Origin: an uncultured Lachnospiraceae bacterium
GTDB taxonomy: Bacteria; Bacillota; Clostridia; Lachnospirales; Lachnospiraceae
Assembly: GCA_950022375.1 (NCBI GenBank)
Contig: CATLLF010000008.1
Coordinates: forward strand, 1 to 64,000
Direction of reading: 5' to 3'
DNA length: 64,000 nucleotides
Positions within the stretch are counted from its first letter, which is position 1. Every line of letters starts with the position of its first letter. The notes beneath the pieces are model-generated. The model searched no databases, was not told the DNA's origin, and was given only the letters and a program-made list of their open reading frames with translations. Of the stretch, positions 9,624 to 19,802 are shown piece by piece. A program made the translations under genes and the position numbers.

Positions 9624-10481
9624 ATGGTTCGGTCGGAAAATCTTATATTTGAATATATCAGGCGCGACGAGGAAGGGAATGTAGAATCGATTACAAAAGC
9701 TCTCGATGATGTTTCGATCACAATTTCCAAGGGCGATTTTGTGGCGATTCTTGGACATAATGGTTCTGGAAAATCAACGCTTGCAAAACATATTAACGCA
9801 TTGCTTGTTCCAACAGAAGGGACGCTTTTTGTGGATGGAATGGACACAAAAAACGAGGAGAAGATCTGGGAGATTCGGCAGGCTGCTGGTATGGTATTTC
9901 AAAATCCTGACAATCAGATTATTGCGACGGTGGTTGAGGAGGATGTTGGCTTTGGACCGGAAAATCTCGGCGTGCCGACAGAAGAGATCTGGGAGCGTGT
10001 AGAGAAAAGTCTGCGGGCAGTCGGCATGTACGAATATCGGAAGCATTCGCCAAATAAGTTGTCCGGCGGTCAGAAACAGAGAGTTGCAATTGCGGGGATT
10101 ATGGCGATGAAACCACAGTGTATTGTGTTGGACGAGCCTACAGCAATGCTTGACCCAAACGGGCGCAAGGAAGTAGTTCGGACGGTGCGGGAGCTAAACC
10201 AAAAAGAGGGCGTGACAGTACTTTTAATTACGCACTATATGGAAGAGGTAATTTATGCGGATAAAGTGATTGTGATGGATGACGGAAAGATTGTGATGCA
10301 GGGAACGCCGCGGGAGATTTTTGCTCAGGTGGAAAAGCTGAAAAGTTACCGGATGGATGTGCCGCAGGTAACAGAGCTTGCATACAAGCTAAAACAGGCA
10401 GGAATGCCGTTGCCGGATGGGATACTTTCGATTGAGGAATTTGTTGAGGCTGTTCGAGTGTGTGCAAAATCAGTAAGATAA
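9624..10481 (+). CDS. ecfA1: Energy-coupling factor transporter ATPase EcfA1
   Basis: Walker [23 protein letters not shown], Walker B VLDEPT, and the C-terminal EcfA-specific region. First gene of the ecfA-ecfA'-ecfT set. Confidence 0.9.
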   Translation: MVRSENLIFEYIRRDEEGNVESITKALDDVSITISKGDFVAILGHNGSGKSTLAKHINALLVPTEGTLFVDGMDTKNEEKIWEIRQAAGMVFQNPDNQIIATVVEEDVGFGPENLGVPTEEIWERVEKSLRAVGMYEYRKHSPNKLSGGQKQRVAIAGIMAMKPQCIVLDEPTAMLDPNGRKEVVRTVRELNQKEGVTVLLITHYMEEVIYADKVIVMDDGKIVMQGTPREIFAQVEKLKSYRMDVPQVTELAYKLKQAGMPLPDGILSIEEFVEAVRVCAKSVR

Positions 10482-10653
10482 GTAAGACAGCCAAAAAACA
10501 GCATATTAAGAGGACAATTACTTATTAGGATTTTTCAGGTAAGTGGAAGTTGAAGTTTTCGGGTGTGTGCAAAATCAGTAAGATAAGTAAGACAGCCGAA
10601 AAACAGCATATCAAGAGGACGATTGTTTATTAGGATTTTTCAGGTAAGTGGAA
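10458..10653 (+). repeat. Tandem duplication of ~91 bp (two copies, ~94% identical, period 105 bp) spanning the ecfA1 stop codon
   Basis: gtgtgtgcaaaatcagtaagataagtaagacagcc...ttattaggatttttcaggtaagtggaa at 10458-10548 and again at 10563-10653. Confidence 0.85.
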
Positions 10654-10829
10654 ATATACAAGCTTTCAGGCTTATATACAAAGAGAATTATAAGCGAATA
10701 AGGATTATACAAAAATAATAGAGAACATAATTTTTGGTGACAGGATGTAGTCTGCGGCAGACAAGGATTTGGAAACAACAATGTTAAAAATGCTGTGCAG
10801 CTGCAGTTTTTCAATGCGGGGAAACAACA

Positions 10830-11681
10830 ATGTCTATAATTTTGGATAAAATAAATTATATCTACAGCCCTAACACAGCATACGAAAAGCAAGCTCTAAA
10901 AAATATCAGCCTTGTGATCGAGGACGGGGAATTTATCGGGCTGATCGGGCATACTGGTTCAGGGAAATCAACGCTGATTCAGCATTTAAATGGTTTGGTA
11001 AAGGCGACGTGCGGCGGGGTGTATTACAATGGAGCAGATATTTATGATGCGGATTACAATTTAAAAGAGCTGCGAAAAAAAGTTGGGTTGGTATTTCAAT
11101 ATCCAGAGTATCAGCTGTTTGAAACAACGGTGTTAAAAGATGTGCAATTTGGACCGAAAAATCTTGGGCTGCCAGCGCTGGAGGTAGATCTGCGCTCCTA
11201 CGAAGCATTAAAACAGGTTGGGATTGGAGATGATTTGATCGATGCTTCTCCGTTTGAACTTTCAGGCGGGCAGAAACGCCGTGTCGCAATCGCTGGGGTG
11301 CTGGCAATGAAGCCGGAAGTGCTGGTTCTCGACGAGCCGACCGCAGGGCTTGACCCAAAAGGGCGCGACGAAATTTTGGGGCAGATAGCAAAGATTCACG
11401 AGGAAAGAAAAATCACGGTTGTTCTTGTGTCGCACAGTATGGAAGATGTAGCCGATTATGTTGAGCGGATTATTGTGATGGACGGCGGAAGCGTCGCTTA
11501 TGACGATACGCCTAGAAATGTATTTTCACACTATAAAGAGCTGGAAGAGATCGGGCTTGCGGCGCCGCAGGTAACTTATGCAATGCACGCACTTCGGGAC
11601 AAAGGGATTCCTGTCGATGTAAATGTGACGACAATCGAGGAAGCAAAAGAAGCGGTATTGGCATGGTATCGGAAAGATTAG
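10830..11681 (+). CDS. ecfA2: Energy-coupling factor transporter ATPase EcfA2
   Basis: GHTGSGKST, LSGGQKRRVAIAG, VLDEPTAGLD. Second ATPase directly upstream of ecfT. Confidence 0.9.
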   Translation: MSIILDKINYIYSPNTAYEKQALKNISLVIEDGEFIGLIGHTGSGKSTLIQHLNGLVKATCGGVYYNGADIYDADYNLKELRKKVGLVFQYPEYQLFETTVLKDVQFGPKNLGLPALEVDLRSYEALKQVGIGDDLIDASPFELSGGQKRRVAIAGVLAMKPEVLVLDEPTAGLDPKGRDEILGQIAKIHEERKITVVLVSHSMEDVADYVERIIVMDGGSVAYDDTPRNVFSHYKELEEIGLAAPQVTYAMHALRDKGIPVDVNVTTIEEAKEAVLAWYRKD

Positions 11682-11707
11682 TGCTATCGAAGAAAGGGGT
11701 ATAAGGA

Positions 11708-12505
11708 ATGATTCGGGATATCACGATTGGACAGTATTATCCTTCCGATTCGGTGTTGCATCGGCTTGACCCGCGCGTTAAGCTATCAGGAACATTTTTG
11801 TATATTGTATGTTTGTTTCTTGTGAAAAACTGGTGGGGATATCTTGCGGCAGCAGTTTGTCTTGCTGCTGTAATCAAGCTTTCCAAAGTTCCGTTTGGCT
11901 ATATTGTCAAAGGATTAAAAGCAGTTATTATTCTGCTTTTATTTACGGTAATGTTCAATCTGTTTTTGACTTCTGGGACACCGATATTTGAATGGAAGTT
12001 TATCCGGGTGACAAAAGAAGGGATTGATCTGGCTTCTACAATGGCAGTTCGTCTTATTCTGCTGATTTTAGGCTCGTCGCTTATGACGTTTACAACAACT
12101 CCAAATCAGCTGACAGACGGGTTGGAAAGTCTTCTTCGACCTTTGAATAAACTCCATGTTCCAGTACATGAAGTGGCGATGATGATGTCGATTGCGCTTC
12201 GATTTATTCCAATTTTATTGGAGGAAACCGATAAAATTATGAAAGCGCAGCAGGCGAGAGGTGCGGATTTTGAGACAGGAGGGTTGATTCAGCGCGCAAA
12301 AGCGATGGTGCCGCTTTTGGTGCCGCTTTTTATCGCCGCATTCCGCCGGGCAGGGGACTTGGCAATGGCGATGGAAGCACGCTGCTATCATGGAGGAAAG
12401 GGCAGAACAAAGATGAAACCGCTGCATTACAAAAAGCGGGACGGTGTTGCGTGGCTTGTGCTTGCAATGTTTTTGGCAGTGGTTGTGGTGACAAGAAAAC
12501 TTTGA
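11708..12505 (+). CDS. ecfT: Energy-coupling factor transporter transmembrane subunit EcfT
   Basis: YYPSDSVLHRLDPRVKL N-terminus, multi-pass hydrophobic profile, conserved ARGADFE / Ala-Arg-Gly coupling motif region. Confidence 0.9.
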   Translation: MIRDITIGQYYPSDSVLHRLDPRVKLSGTFLYIVCLFLVKNWWGYLAAAVCLAAVIKLSKVPFGYIVKGLKAVIILLLFTVMFNLFLTSGTPIFEWKFIRVTKEGIDLASTMAVRLILLILGSSLMTFTTTPNQLTDGLESLLRPLNKLHVPVHEVAMMMSIALRFIPILLEETDKIMKAQQARGADFETGGLIQRAKAMVPLLVPLFIAAFRRAGDLAMAMEARCYHGGKGRTKMKPLHYKKRDGVAWLVLAMFLAVVVVTRKL

Positions 12506-12570
12506 AAAATGAAGGGAAAAGAGAACAAGTTTATTCTGTATAAAAAGCAGTGCAGAAATGGAGGATTACT

Positions 12571-14733
12571 ATGAAAAAAATTTTATCTTTACTGCTTGCA
12601 GCGTGTATGCTGCTGGCTGTACTTCCAGAGATGGATGTGAATGCGGCAGAGTGTGCGGAGTATTCGGGAAGCAATAAAAATGAGCAGGATTATAAAGGTT
12701 ATGCGGCGGACACCATAAAATCCTATTTGACAGTCTGTGAGGACGGATCGTTGATGCGCTTCCAGTATATTGATGATAATGGCTATATCGCAGAGTATTA
12801 TGATGCTTCCTATCAGCTGCTTGATACAAAAGTAATTGATATAGAACTGCCGATTTTCGGCGCGTTTTATGCTTCAAAAGATTATTATTTTATCCTGACA
12901 GGGCAGAAAAATAAAAAAGAATCTGCGTCTGTTGAGTGCTATCGAATTACAAAATATGATAAGGACTGGAATAAAATAAAATCGGCAGGGCTTTACGACT
13001 GCAATACTACAATACCGTTTCGGGCAGGCTCTGCGCGGATAACAGAAGACGGAAATTTTCTTCTGATTCGCACCAGCCATGAAATGTATACTTCGGATGA
13101 TGGAAAAAATCATCAGGCAAATGTGACAATTCAGGTAAACATGGACACGATGGAAATTACAGATTCCTTTACTTCTATAATGAATACTTCTTACGGTTAT
13201 GTCAGTCATTCTTTTAATCAGTTTATTAAAATTGAGAATGGAAAGATTGCAGCAGTAGATCATGGAGATGCTTATCCTCGATCCGTTGTATTGATTCAGT
13301 ACGATACCAATGTTCAGACAGGAAAATTCAGTGAATTTAGTGCGATGCCGTGCAAGGTGACGAATGTTATTGAGATTCCCGGACAAATCGGGGATAATTA
13401 TACAGGCATAACAGTAGGTGGTTTTGAAATTTCAGACACTTCTTATCTTATTGCGGGCAATATGATAGATTTAAAACAATTTAAATCTAATAGTGAGGAT
13501 ACGAAAAATATTTTTATTGCGTCGGTGTCAAAACAGACGGGCGAAGTGACAGTAAGTCAGATTACGAACTTTCAGGAAGGTCAAACAACCACGCCGCAGT
13601 TTGTTAAACTGAATAATGAACGTTTTGTTTTGTTATGGGGCAGAGAGCACTTGGTATATTATACGGAGATTGATAAGAACGGCAGACAAACCAGTGAAAT
13701 TTACAGTGTGGAAGGAAGCTTGTCGGACTGTGTTCCAGTTGTTTTTAACGAGAAATTTGTATGGTATACATGGAAGAACAACAGCGTTGATTTTTATGAG
13801 ATCGATCAGAAGGATCTTTCAAAGACAAAAAAAATTACAGTGGATAATGGACATACTTTTGAATTGAAAGAGATAAAAAATCATCTTACCACTTTGCAAT
13901 GTACCAAATGCAAAAAAGAGAAAAAAGTGAATTCTCCTATGAATTTTGGAATGTGGTGGAGGACAGAAAAGGAGACGGATGGTTATTATTATTCCGATTA
14001 TTCAAATCCATTTGAGATAGGCGAAAAGCTTGAGTACTGGATTAATCCTTCGTGGGATGGGCTGGTTGATGCAAAAGAAATGAACGAGGATTTTGTATTA
14101 AAATGTTCCGACCCGGAGGCAATTGAGATTACATATATTGATGAAAGAAAAGGAATCATATCTTTCCAGAAAATCGGGGAATATACACTGACAATTCAGC
14201 ATCTTTATGATGATACTGTTTCAAAAGAATTTACATTTGTTGTAAGCGGTCAGCCGGATAAAGTTTCTTTAAATAAAAAGACTCTTACTTTAAATCCAAA
14301 GAAAACGTACACGTTAAAACCAACGCTTGGTCCAGAAGGTGCTGCTACAACTTACACTTGGACCAGCGGCGATAAGAAAGTTGCAACAGTTGATAAAAAT
14401 GGAAAAGTGACAGCAGTCAGCAAGGGCAAAACAAAAATAACAGTAAAGACAGAGAACGGAAAAAAAGCGACCTGCACAGTCACAGTAAAAGAAGCGCCAA
14501 AAAGCGTGAAACTATCAAAAGAGATTACATTGAAAAAAGGCGAAACTTACTCGCTTAAGGCAGTTTTAACGCCTTCCGATGCCTATACAACCTACACTTG
14601 GACAAGCGATAATAAAAAGGTTGCCACTGTGGATAAAAAAGGAAAAGTGACAGCGGTCGGCAAAGGAACAGCAAAAATTACAGTAAAAACGGCAAATGGA
14701 AAAACAGCAGTCTGCAAGGTCACGATAAAATAA
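12571..14733 (+). CDS. Secreted protein with two C-terminal bacterial Ig-like (Big_2) domains
   Basis: ATG at 12571 after GGAGG. Signal peptide MKKILSLLLAACMLLAVLPEMDVNA. C-terminus has two copies of L(N/K)PKKTYTLK...TYTWTSGDKKVATVDKNGKVTAVSKGK...ITVKT, typical Big_2. Confidence 0.8.
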   Translation: MKKILSLLLAACMLLAVLPEMDVNAAECAEYSGSNKNEQDYKGYAADTIKSYLTVCEDGSLMRFQYIDDNGYIAEYYDASYQLLDTKVIDIELPIFGAFYASKDYYFILTGQKNKKESASVECYRITKYDKDWNKIKSAGLYDCNTTIPFRAGSARITEDGNFLLIRTSHEMYTSDDGKNHQANVTIQVNMDTMEITDSFTSIMNTSYGYVSHSFNQFIKIENGKIAAVDHGDAYPRSVVLIQYDTNVQTGKFSEFSAMPCKVTNVIEIPGQIGDNYTGITVGGFEISDTSYLIAGNMIDLKQFKSNSEDTKNIFIASVSKQTGEVTVSQITNFQEGQTTTPQFVKLNNERFVLLWGREHLVYYTEIDKNGRQTSEIYSVEGSLSDCVPVVFNEKFVWYTWKNNSVDFYEIDQKDLSKTKKITVDNGHTFELKEIKNHLTTLQCTKCKKEKKVNSPMNFGMWWRTEKETDGYYYSDYSNPFEIGEKLEYWINPSWDGLVDAKEMNEDFVLKCSDPEAIEITYIDERKGIISFQKIGEYTLTIQHLYDDTVSKEFTFVVSGQPDKVSLNKKTLTLNPKKTYTLKPTLGPEGAATTYTWTSGDKKVATVDKNGKVTAVSKGKTKITVKTENGKKATCTVTVKEAPKSVKLSKEITLKKGETYSLKAVLTPSDAYTTYTWTSDNKKVATVDKKGKVTAVGKGTAKITVKTANGKTAVCKVTIK

Positions 14734-14871
14734 AACACTAAAATGTGCTTGGAAATTGCAATAGATTCTTCTGGCTGCCAGAGTTTCGCAATCGCTTAAT
14801 AATAAAAAAATCGAAAGGGGAACGGCACTTTTCCTGCCGGAAGACCGGGGTTTTGTGTTTGTTGGAATTTT

Positions 14872-15663
14872 ATGAAGCGGATTATGCTGCGTGTAGCTTA
14901 CGATGGGACAAATTACTGCGGCTGGCAGAGCCAGCCGAACGGGCTTGCGGTTGAGGAGGTAATCAACCGCGAGCTTTCTGCGCTTTTAAAAGAACCTGTT
15001 TCGGTGATTGGCGCAAGCCGTACCGATTCCGGGGTTCACGCACTTGGAAACGTCTGTGTGTTTGATACAGAAAGTCAGATTCCTGGAGAAAAATTTTCTT
15101 ATGCTCTCAATTCGCGTTTGCCGAAAGATATTATGATTCAACATTCCTGCGAGGTGGAAGGAAACTTTCACCCGCGCCGCCAAAATTGTTATAAAACTTA
15201 CGAGTATAAAATTTATAACGCAGTGTTTCCAAACCCTTTGTTTTCCCGCTATACACATTTTTTATATCGAAATTTAGATGTGGAAGCGATGCGCCGCGCC
15301 GCAGAGTTTTTGGTTGGAGAACATGATTTTAAAAGTTTTTGTTCCGTCAACACCCAGGTGAAGGAAACTGTGCGGACAATTTATTCGATTGAGATTTTAG
15401 AACAGTCGGCGGGAAATCCAAACTTATGCTGTGGAATGTCAGATTCAGAGAAAAATGGAGGCAGATTGATTACAATTCGTGTAAACGGCAATGGGTTTCT
15501 ATACAATATGGTTCGGATTATTTCCGGGACATTAATTGAAGCAGGATATCATTGGCGCGAGCCGGAAAGCATTCCACAGATTTTAGCGGCGTGCGACCGT
15601 GGGGCGGCAGGACAGACTGCGCCTGCCTGCGGGCTGACGCTTGTGGAAATCTGCTATTTATAA
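14872..15663 (+). CDS. truA: tRNA pseudouridine(38-40) synthase TruA
   Basis: YDGTNYCGWQSQP and RTDSGVHALGNV catalytic Asp motif. Conserved position after the ecf genes. Confidence 0.9.
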   Translation: MKRIMLRVAYDGTNYCGWQSQPNGLAVEEVINRELSALLKEPVSVIGASRTDSGVHALGNVCVFDTESQIPGEKFSYALNSRLPKDIMIQHSCEVEGNFHPRRQNCYKTYEYKIYNAVFPNPLFSRYTHFLYRNLDVEAMRRAAEFLVGEHDFKSFCSVNTQVKETVRTIYSIEILEQSAGNPNLCCGMSDSEKNGGRLITIRVNGNGFLYNMVRIISGTLIEAGYHWREPESIPQILAACDRGAAGQTAPACGLTLVEICYL

Positions 15664-16184
15664 AAAACAAATCTTCTGCTACACGGTGCGAAAAATGATT
15701 TTTCAACATAATGTTCTTTTTTCTAAAAAAGCTTCCAAATTTAAATTGTGAAGGTGACAGCTTTAAAAAACAAACAGTAAAATTTTATCCGAAACAATAA
15801 ATTATAAAAAGATTCCAGTTAAAGTTATTATAAAAAAGGAATATAAAAGATTTGCTTTGTTGTATTTTGTTGCCCCAGGAAAAAGAAGAATTAAAAATCA
15901 GTGTTGATTTTATGGAAAACAACCGCTACAAGGAATTTTTTGAAAAAACAAGGAAATTATTAAGATCGACCGATGCATTTGTCTCTAATTAAGAACAGGC
16001 AAGTAAAGCAGGTTATCAAAAACAAGTCCTATCGTTTTATTTTGGCAGCAGAGAGACAAGCGATTAATTTTACATATAACTTCAACAATTTATAGATAAT
16101 TAAGAAAAAGTCATTTTCAAAATGATTTTTTCTTATGTTTCTCAAAAAAATTTTTGATTTGTCCAAAAGAATTTGGAAATTTGC

Positions 16185-16213
16185 TTGACAGGGAGAATGC
16201 TTTCCGCTATAAT
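16185..16213 (+). promoter_or_regulatory. Consensus sigma-A-type promoter for rplM-rpsI
   Basis: TTGACA (16185-16190), 17-nt spacer, TATAAT (16208-16213). It lies ~80 nt upstream of rplM, leaving a structured 5' UTR. Confidence 0.6.
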
Positions 16214-16295
16214 GCACGAAGCGACCAAAGAAGCCGTGCCAGCAATCTGGCAGGGTAATTCGAAATAAAGGAAATTTATTTAAGGAGGTAAACCA

Positions 16296-16730
16296 ATGAA
16301 AAGCTTTATGGCAAGCCCGGCGACAATCGAGAGAAAGTGGTATGTGGTAGATGCCGAGGGACAGACCCTTGGACGCCTTTGCTCTGAGATTGCCAAAGTT
16401 TTAAGAGGTAAAAACAAGCCGATTTATACACCACATATTGACACTGGTGATTATGTAATTGTTGTAAATGCGGAAAAAATCAGAGTAACCGGAAAGAAGA
16501 TGGATCAGAAGATTTACTTCAATCATTCCGATTATGTAGGCGGCATGAAAGAGACCACATTAAGGCAGATGATGGCAAAGAAACCGGAGGAAGTAATTAA
16601 GCTCGCGGTAAAGGGTATGCTTCCAAAGGGACCTCTTGGAAGAAGCATGATTACCAAACTGCACGTATATGCTGGTCCAGAGCATAACCATGCAGCTCAG
16701 AAGCCAGAAGCATTAGAGTTTAAGTTTTAA
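16296..16730 (+). CDS. rplM: 50S ribosomal protein L13
   Basis: [29 protein letters not shown]-terminus is diagnostic; 144 aa. Confidence 0.95.
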   Translation: MKSFMASPATIERKWYVVDAEGQTLGRLCSEIAKVLRGKNKPIYTPHIDTGDYVIVVNAEKIRVTGKKMDQKIYFNHSDYVGGMKETTLRQMMAKKPEEVIKLAVKGMLPKGPLGRSMITKLHVYAGPEHNHAAQKPEALEFKF

Positions 16731-16754
16731 TCGGACTGAAAGGAGGAAATAACA

Positions 16755-17147
16755 TTGGCTAAGGGAAGATATTACGGAACCGGTAGAAGAAAGAGCAGTG
16801 TTGCCAGGGTTTACCTTGTAGCAGGCACCGGAAAAATTACGATCAATAAAAGAACAATCGATGATTATTTTGGACTTGAGACTTTAAAGCTCGTTGTTCG
16901 TCAGCCGCTTGTTCTTACAGAGAGTATAGATAAATTTGATGTGCTTGTAAATGTGCGCGGCGGTGGTTTTACCGGTCAGGCAGGCGCAATTCGTCACGGT
17001 ATTTCAAGAGCGCTGCTTCAGGCGGATGCAGATTATCGTCCGGCATTAAAAAAGGCAGGCTTCCTGACAAGAGATCCAAGAATGAAGGAGAGAAAGAAGT
17101 ACGGTTTGAAAGCAGCACGCCGTGCGCCACAGTTCTCCAAGAGATAA
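16755..17147 (+). CDS. rpsI: 30S ribosomal protein S9
   Basis: [12 protein letters not shown]...[17 protein letters not shown]-terminus; 130 aa. Confidence 0.95.
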   Translation: MAKGRYYGTGRRKSSVARVYLVAGTGKITINKRTIDDYFGLETLKLVVRQPLVLTESIDKFDVLVNVRGGGFTGQAGAIRHGISRALLQADADYRPALKKAGFLTRDPRMKERKKYGLKAARRAPQFSKR

Positions 17148-17154
17148 TTTCGTT

Positions 17155-17240
17155 ACAATAAAAGAGATTGGAAAAACCCTTGAAAGTCCAGTATTTTCAA
17201 GGGTTTTCTTTATGTCTGTACTTTCTAAAATTGCGGTGAC
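17155..17240 (+). repeat. Direct repeat copy A (~85 bp, includes the rpsI terminator)
   Basis: acaataaaagagattggaaaaacccttgaaagtccagtattttcaagggttttctttatgtctgtactttctaaaattgcggtgac matches 25865-25950 at ~90% identity, including ~30 nt beyond the hairpin. Confidence 0.8.
17177..17212 (+). terminator. Intrinsic terminator of rplM-rpsI
   Basis: cccttgaaa-gtccagtatt-ttcaaggg followed by ttttcttta. Confidence 0.8.
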
Positions 17241-17380
17241 TTGTATTCTTCTAGCAAATGAAATATAATAGAGTGGATTGTATTCCCAGTGCTGTAAAGA
17301 TGGTCGGTGTCTGGGCTGCTGCCTAAGACAGCAGTTAAGCCACAAGACGGAAGATATAAGAAGCGAGAAGGTGATAAGCA

Positions 17381-18067
17381 ATGAGAATTTTAGTTATAGA
17401 AGATGATCTGGCCTTAAGTGCCGGACTGTGTTTTGAATTGGACAGTAACGGCTATCTGACGGTGGCAGCGTATAACTGCCGGAAGGCCAGACAGCTTTTG
17501 CAGGAGGATCCATTTGACCTTGTGATTATGGATGTGAATTTGCCGGATGGCAACGGCTTTGATCTCTGTCGAGAAGTAAAAGCAATCAAACCGGAACTTC
17601 CTGTGATTTTTTTGACAGCAAACGATTTAGAGCAGGATGTGCTGAACGGATTTGATTTGGGCGCAGAGGATTATATTACAAAGCCGTTTCATATGCAGAT
17701 TTTTTTGCGGCGGGTAGAGGTCGCCATCCGCAGAGCAAGTAAAGTTACTATGACTCATGCGGATCGCTGGACTGACGGATTTCTTCTGCTTGATTTTGGC
17801 GCGCTGACTGCCGTGCGGGGCGGCGAAAAGCTGTCGATCACGCCCAACGAATATAAGTTGCTGAAAGTATTGACAGAGAATGCAGGCAACATCATTACCA
17901 GACAGCTTTTGTTGGAACGGCTGTGGGATTGTGATGGGAATTTCATTGATGACCACACACTTACTGTGACGATGAATCGGCTTCGGGCGAAGATCGAGAA
18001 TGACAATCATACCTATATTAAAACCATCCGGGGTATGGGGTATATATGGACAGGAGGCAAACAATGA
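17381..18067 (+). CDS. OmpR-family response regulator (BceR-like)
   Basis: Receiver domain with the phospho-acceptor Asp in VIMDVNLPDG, plus a C-terminal winged-helix Trans_reg_C region. Stop overlaps the HK start (ATGA). Confidence 0.9.
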   Translation: MRILVIEDDLALSAGLCFELDSNGYLTVAAYNCRKARQLLQEDPFDLVIMDVNLPDGNGFDLCREVKAIKPELPVIFLTANDLEQDVLNGFDLGAEDYITKPFHMQIFLRRVEVAIRRASKVTMTHADRWTDGFLLLDFGALTAVRGGEKLSITPNEYKLLKVLTENAGNIITRQLLLERLWDCDGNFIDDHTLTVTMNRLRAKIENDNHTYIKTIRGMGYIWTGGKQ

Positions 18068-19083
18068 AAAAGCACGCAAAAGCTTTGAAAATTTTGATGG
18101 TTTTGGCAGCTGCGGTGCTTTTTTCTTTGCTGTGCTGGCTATTGTGGGCATTTGTTCCCCGTTCCAGTGTTCGTTACAGCCTGTTAGCTGTGACAGGTGG
18201 TATTTTTGTATTAGCCGGTCTGTGGATATGGTTTTGGCAGAGACAGATCTTTCACTTTGCAGATGAAATATGTGATACGCTGGATGCCTTGATTTCCGGG
18301 AGACAGCCGGAGGTGGAGCGGCCTTATGAGGATAGCGTAACAGCCAAGGTACAGGGAAAGCTCCTGCAGTACTATGATATTATGAACGAGGGCAAAGTGC
18401 AGAGCCAGCGGGATAAGCAGACCATTCAGGAGCTGGTCAGTGATATTTCTCATCAGGTGAAAACTCCGATTGCCAATATTCATATATTTACCGGCATCCT
18501 TCAGCAGCATCGGCTGACAGAAGAAAAGCGGGCGGAATTTCTGGAAACCATGGCGTCACAGATCAATAAATTGGATTTTTTAATGCAGTCTTTGATCAAA
18601 ATGTCCCGGCTGGAAACAGGGACCTTTGTTCTGCACATAGAAGAAGCACCTCTGGATAAGACCATTGCTCAGGCGATCAGTACCGTGTGGGCGAAAGCGG
18701 ACAAAAAAAATATCCAGTTGTCGGCGGACTGCGCGCCATCGGTTACTGTGCAGCATGACCCTAAGTGGACAGCGGAGGCTCTGGGCAATATCCTGGACAA
18801 CGGGGTAAAATACACCCCGGAAGGCGGCAGCGTTTCTGTGTCTGTTCGCCCGTGGCAATTCTATACGCGAATTGATATTTCCGATACTGGTATTGGCATC
18901 CATGAGGAGCATTATCACGATGTTTTTCAGCGTTTTTATCGGGCGCAGGAAACAGCAGCCGAAGAAGGCGTTGGTCTGGGTCTGTATCTTGCCAACGGAA
19001 TCATTACGCGGCAGAAAGGCTATATCAGCGTAAAATCAAATTACGGAAAAGGCACCACCTTCTCTGTCTATTTGCTGAGTTGA
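18064..19083 (+). CDS. Intramembrane-sensing histidine kinase (BceS-like)
   Basis: Two N-terminal TM helices with almost no extracellular loop and no HAMP/PAS. H-box HQVKTPIANIHIF, N/G boxes (GVGLGLYLANGII...GKGTTFSVYL). ATG at 18064 overlaps the RR stop; the longest ORF begins at 18046. Confidence 0.85.
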   Translation: MKKHAKALKILMVLAAAVLFSLLCWLLWAFVPRSSVRYSLLAVTGGIFVLAGLWIWFWQRQIFHFADEICDTLDALISGRQPEVERPYEDSVTAKVQGKLLQYYDIMNEGKVQSQRDKQTIQELVSDISHQVKTPIANIHIFTGILQQHRLTEEKRAEFLETMASQINKLDFLMQSLIKMSRLETGTFVLHIEEAPLDKTIAQAISTVWAKADKKNIQLSADCAPSVTVQHDPKWTAEALGNILDNGVKYTPEGGSVSVSVRPWQFYTRIDISDTGIGIHEEHYHDVFQRFYRAQETAAEEGVGLGLYLANGIITRQKGYISVKSNYGKGTTFSVYLLS

Positions 19084-19126
19084 GTAAATAACGTATATGA
19101 AAAAGGGAGAGAGGAAGTATAAAACA

Positions 19127-19792
19127 ATGGAAATCGTAACGGTACATCAATTAAAGAAATACTTTGGAAAGGGAGAGACACAAGTCAAAGCCTTGGATGG
19201 TATCGACCTTTCTATTGAGAAAGGTAAGTTTACCGCCATTATTGGTGCATCCGGCTCCGGCAAAACCACTTTGTTAAACATGATCGGTGGGCTGGATACC
19301 CCTGATGAGGGGGAAGTAATCGTGGATGGTGTAAATCTGTCCGGTTTGAAGGAAAAAGAGCTGGCTGTGTTTCGCCGCAGCAAAGTAGGCTTTGTGTATC
19401 AGAATTTTAATCTGGTTCCAACATTGACCGTAAAAGAAAACATTCTGTTCCCTCTTAGTCTGGCTGGCAGTACACCAGATCAGCGTTTCTTTGCAAATGT
19501 CATGCAGCAGCTTCGGCTGGAGGAACGGCTGAATGCCTACCCCCACGAGCTTTCCGGCGGCGGGCAGCAGCGGGTAGCTATCGCCAGGACACTAATTGCT
19601 AAACCAGCCATTCTTCTTGCCGATGAACCTACTGGAAACCTGGATGTAAAAAGTGGACAAAATGTGTTAGGACTTTTGAAAATGTCCGTAGAGACCTATC
19701 ACCAGACACTTATTATGATCACCCACAATCTTGAGATCGCACAGATGGCTGACCGTGTGCTTCGCATGGAAGATGGTCGCCTGAAGGCGTAA
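19127..19792 (+). CDS. ABC transporter ATP-binding protein, MacB/FtsE-like (BceA-like), copy 1
   Basis: GASGSGKTT, LSGGGQQRVAIAR, LLADEPTGNLD. Likely start MEIVTVHQL at 19127 after AGAGGAAG. Confidence 0.85.
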   Translation: MEIVTVHQLKKYFGKGETQVKALDGIDLSIEKGKFTAIIGASGSGKTTLLNMIGGLDTPDEGEVIVDGVNLSGLKEKELAVFRRSKVGFVYQNFNLVPTLTVKENILFPLSLAGSTPDQRFFANVMQQLRLEERLNAYPHELSGGGQQRVAIARTLIAKPAILLADEPTGNLDVKSGQNVLGLLKMSVETYHQTLIMITHNLEIAQMADRVLRMEDGRLKA

Positions 19793-19802
19793 GGAGGTTG
19801 TC

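Noticed and set aside
9356-10046. Minus-strand ORFs 9356..9847 and 9774..10046 upstream of and overlapping ecfA1
   Set aside because: They overlap the ecfA1 start region, have no homology signal or RBS, and sit in AT-rich promoter DNA.
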